A model generated the notes under the pieces. That model did not search any database, was not told the DNA's origin, and saw only the letters and a program-made list of their open reading frames with translations. Position numbers and translations under genes: made by a program. Shown piece after piece: positions 60,165 through 64,000 of a stretch of DNA of 64,000 nucleotides (position 1 is the stretch's first letter; every line of letters starts with the position of its first letter). Source of the stretch: Octopus vulgaris. Taxonomy: Eukaryota. The stretch lies in assembly GCA_951406725.2 (NCBI GenBank), contig OX597825.1:27776001-27840000 (forward strand). Direction: 5' to 3'.

Positions 60165-60575
60165 TGAGAGACTAGATCGTAGCTCCTGGGGTTAAATTCG
60201 TCCTAAGCCAGGACTGCCATGTTTTGTTGGCAAATGATTTTTACTCTAGAGTACTGTTGCTGAATATCTCTCGGTGAGAGGTTTATAAATAGTAATTTTT
60301 CTTTATTTTAAACATCAGTGACTAGTTGTCACTTTGAAAACTTTATATTTGAACAGGAACAACTGTTCTGTGCTGATGAAGGGAAATGACCCGGAAATCG
60401 TGATACACAGATATTGTTTTGAGCTGAGTGGGGGTGCTAAATGCCCTAATTTGAAAATGTAAGGACACAGATCGTGTCGTATAGCCAGCTGGAGACAATT
60501 CTCCTGGGGCTAAATTACAGCAACATTCGTCCTACACCAGGACTGTCATGTTATGTTGGCAAATGATCATTACTC
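60165..60575 (+). mobile_element. ~320 bp partial tandem repeat containing a hammerhead (retrozyme/pLTR-like)
   Basis: 60183-60238 recurs, diverged, at 60501-60568 (ctcctgggg.taaatt...tcgtccta..ccaggactg.catgtt.tgttggcaaatgat). Confidence 0.7.
60367..60411 (+). ncRNA. Minimal type-I hammerhead ribozyme motif
   Basis: UCUGUG-CUGAUGA-AGGG-aaauga-CCCG-GAAA-UCGUG-AUA-CACAGA: 6 bp stem I, 3 bp stem II plus one mismatch, near-palindromic stem III, AUA cleavage triplet. Confidence 0.75.
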
Positions 60576-62859
60576 AGGAACGTAGCTGCCTTAGGGTGAA
60601 TAAAATAACAAGTTGCAGCGTTTTGCATGTGTCCTACATTTATAGAAATCGATAAACAGATCATCCAATTGAATGTGCGAAAGATGCTCAGACTACGCAT
60701 ATGTGAAAGCGAGCTCTTTCTTTTTTAACGCGTCCTTTACGCAAGTTTGTCTGAGACAAAATATTGCCGTTTCAGCAGTTCAACGTTTGCATAAAGATAT
60801 ATCGATATATCTTTTGGGCTGACTTGTAAACTTAATGGAAAGAGAAAAAACTTTGCATTGAATAACAAACACTAGTTAGTGAGGCTTACCCAGAAATCGC
60901 ACAAACCGCTAACAATAACAGCCATATACCTAATTATCTGTACAACCTTCAAAATAGCATAATACATTGAAGAATGAGAGTCTGAAAATATAAAATCCAG
61001 CATGATCAATCTCGAATGTTATCTCTGATCAGTTAGATATAGCTTAGTACTAAACAACAATAATAACAATTGGATTTACAGTAACATATACACAGACATA
61101 AAAGAATGAGATTTGTTTGTTCGCTCTCCTCCTCATTCGATGATGTTGTCAACAGGTACTTGTAATGGCCTATATCTATATTTAAAATTTTCTTATAAAA
61201 TTAGCGTAAACCAATTTTGGAATCGGCTTGTATTTCTCTCCATCGTCTCCGTTCGCCTAAATGACCAGAAGGTATTCCCTGGAAGATATTGTTGTCTCTG
61301 GCATTCTCTTACCTTCTCTCTTTTTACCTTTCTCTCTCCCTTCCGTAACGTGGTTATGAATTGATTATTGTCCACCTATGAATATTCAATATATTGATCA
61401 TGTGATATCGACTTATCACTATATTGATCTATTAAATCATTTTTCGGGGCGTTAGCTAATGAAGCATCAAGCGTAAATGAAGGCGTTATTATTGGATATC
61501 AAATTGATGAAACTGTGCTGTTGATATCTCCCAATTGATATATTTCAGGTCAAATTTATCGAATGTACCTTCATTAGCATTCTAATTTAAGCTCGTGTTT
61601 ATGCGACAGAATAATTTTTAGGAATTACAAATTAGAATAGAGATATCGTCTTCTGTTATCGGAAAATAAAATTCAGAATTAGATTCTGTACACTCGATAA
61701 CTCTGCATTGGAGCTGGAAGACATGTTTGCTGCAAAAACAATAACCACTGATACTGTTGCTCCTGTGTTACTTATGTTGCTGCTGTTGATGATGGTGATG
61801 ATGGTGGTGATGATGCTGATCAGGATGTTGAGGAGGAGAATGTTACCACAAATTATATTACTACTTACGTCCCTTGCGATATTGATAATATCATTTAATA
61901 CCCTCAAAGATGGTGGATTGGTAGAAACTTTCTGTACCATAGAAAATGCCTCTGGGTATTTGTTCAAATTCTTAACTTTATCAGCTCAAATTTCGCTGAG
62001 GCCAAATATGTCTCCAAATCTCTAGTATCGATAAAATAAAGTAGCAGTCAAATCAGTACCATTAACATAGCTAACATTCTACCTAAATCAGAAACGATTC
62101 ATAATATATTACCATATTTCATTCAACTTTGCTCATCATCAATTGTGGGTCGATAAAATCATGTTAATCTAGAACTGGAGACAACTATTCTCACACTTCA
62201 CATTTCAGGACATGTGCCTATATCAAAAATCATAATTAGATATTACTTGCATGATAGATATGACTACAATTAATGTACAGAAAGCAGTTACATTAAAAAG
62301 TGAAAAAAATGGCAAATTTGTGAAATTAGCTTTTGCTATTTTTGGAGCGGACCCTACTTTAAACAAATCCACTTCAAACAGTAACACGCTGTTCTTTTTT
62401 AATAGGGCAAAGTAGGCAAATTCCTGATATCTGGTAACCATAGCGAAGATCTGTGGTAAACGACGCTGAAAAAACTAACCACGCTCTCTTCAATGTAGCC
62501 CTCATTGATATTTTTCACGTTCCGCATGCACAGAAAGTTGAATGTGGAAGGAAAGTGCTTTATTCTAAGGAATATAACAAAGAGGGGTTTTTATGGAGAA
62601 AATAGTTAGATGAGGCTCAACATCTCTAAGCATTCACCTGTAAGCCAAATACAAATATATAGGAGAGGACAATTACTCTCGGTAAGAAGCATGATCTTGC
62701 ATTAGAAGATTCTGTGACAGGATCTAGTTGAAATTCCCCCAATATGAGGAAGATTGTGTAATCCACATGGTCAAGTGTTTGTATAGTATCAATAATTTCA
62801 TCTCTTCTTTTCTTCCAATACTTCCCTTTCTGTATCTTTTCGGCGTTCGATAAATTTAT

Positions 62860-63125
62860 TCTGTCACTTTTATTGCAATTCCCTCACTTCATCACTTTTA
62901 TCCTACACTTAGAAATGCCAAATTGCATTCTGATGTCATTACTAAATACTCTCCCTTTACTGACAAAAATATCCGACTTCTTCCCAGCTTTACTGTGTAT
63001 CTTTTGACCACCAATAAATGGCAAATAATACCTATTTCTCGTTTTATTTTTCCTAGGCTATATCCAACGTTTAATTTCCTCAGATTTAGGATGCGAAAGA
63101 TAAAGAACGGTGACAAGCAGTTGAT
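62860..63125 (-). pseudogene. Highly decayed R4/Dong-like RT remnant
   Basis: Minus strand LSPFF...LRKLNVGYSLG...ICHLL and, in a shifted frame, VFSNDIRMQFGISKC (compare KFSNDIGMDFGLDKC in the 32074 ORF). Confidence 0.7.
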
Positions 63126-63763
63126 ATAATAGACTATAATTTTGGAAATAGTTCGATTTATTCTGACTTTTACAATTGGTTGTTCTCTGACTGTATTTTT
63201 TTCTATTTCCCAGTTACCAGCTAAGTTATATCACAAATAATTTTGAACATTCTGAGGGAGTTCAAAATCCAGGATTGTGAGACCATGTTATGAGATTTTG
63301 GAAACGATCCATGCAATAGGCTAGCGAGTCATTTCATAGAAATTTTTGTGGCAACCATGTCGATCAACTGTTGTCACTTCAAACTACACAGCAATATTTG
63401 CATTCATTGAGATCTTAGGATTATTAATTTTTTTTTCAAGGTAGATGGACAAGAGGAACTTGATATGAAGTGTTTAGCTCAAGAACATACACCGTCCCCA
63501 TATCAAGAAATGAAAACAATAATCATACGAACATCAATGTAACTCCCTAACCACTAATCCGCGTGGTTCTAGAATTATACATATGTGATCGTGGGTGTGT
63601 TTTTTGTGAATACACAAACAGACACACAAATTACGTATATATACGTATACATACGTATATATATATATGTGTATATAATTATAAAATTATAAATATATAT
63701 CACAGCGCTACTCGGTTGAGCTGTATAAAGTGGATATCTATAACACTTATTTCTTCATTGTAC

Positions 63764-63817
<54 letters not shown>

Positions 63818-63822
63818 AAAAC

Positions 63823-64000
63823 AAGTCAAAAATAGAAAATGCTAAGATAATTTTATAGTGAATCTTTCAGTACCGGTTTCGGTCATTTTGAGACCTTTTC
63901 AACTGTAACGATTAAATAATTAAATAAGGTCTCAAAATAACCGAAACCGGTACTGAAAGATTCACTATAAAATTATCTTAGCATTTTCTATTTTTGACTT
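63823..64000. repeat. Near-perfect fold-back (75 bp arms, 1 mismatch) running to the window end
   Basis: 63823-63897 vs 63926-64000; preceded by (TA)n. Confidence 0.92.
63866..63908 (-). ncRNA. Non-canonical minimal hammerhead motif with a U3-A8 core
   Basis: UUACAG-UUGAAAA-GGUC-ucaaaau-GACC-GAAA-CCG-GUA-CUGAAA; palindromic ACCGGU in place of stem III. Confidence 0.65.

Noticed and set aside
61455-62025. Possible host exon (SVNEGVIIG; ORFs at 61656 and 61708)
   Set aside because: Short, interrupted by stops and partly low-complexity; no supportable homology.

Overview
AT-rich, microsatellite-saturated eukaryotic genomic DNA with no recognisable host gene (intergenic or intronic). The SINE families and simple-repeat density resemble an octopus/coleoid cephalopod genome; this is an inference from recall, not a database result. 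Almost all ORFs in the track are translations of (TA)n, (AAT)n, (CA)n, (AAG)n or (CAT)n repeats. The one long real coding stretch is a 5'-truncated R4/Dong-type non-LTR retrotransposon (RT + CCHC + restriction-like endonuclease, 31975-33985) inserted in (TAA)n; several shorter Dong remnants also occur, two of them flanked by TAA tracts. Other mobile DNA: four ~530-570 bp non-coding elements embedded in (AAT)n, several tRNA-SINE families, an RTE 3' fragment, a decayed Penelope-like (GIY-YIG) fragment, two Tc1/mariner remnants, two MITEs and a 1.8 kb long-TIR element. The least expected layer is a set of minimal type-I hammerhead ribozyme motifs: one inside a tRNA-headed SINE, one in a ~320 bp partial tandem repeat, and a non-canonical U3-A8 core variant inside fold-back inverted repeats next to microsatellites. 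All coordinates and pairings were read by eye.
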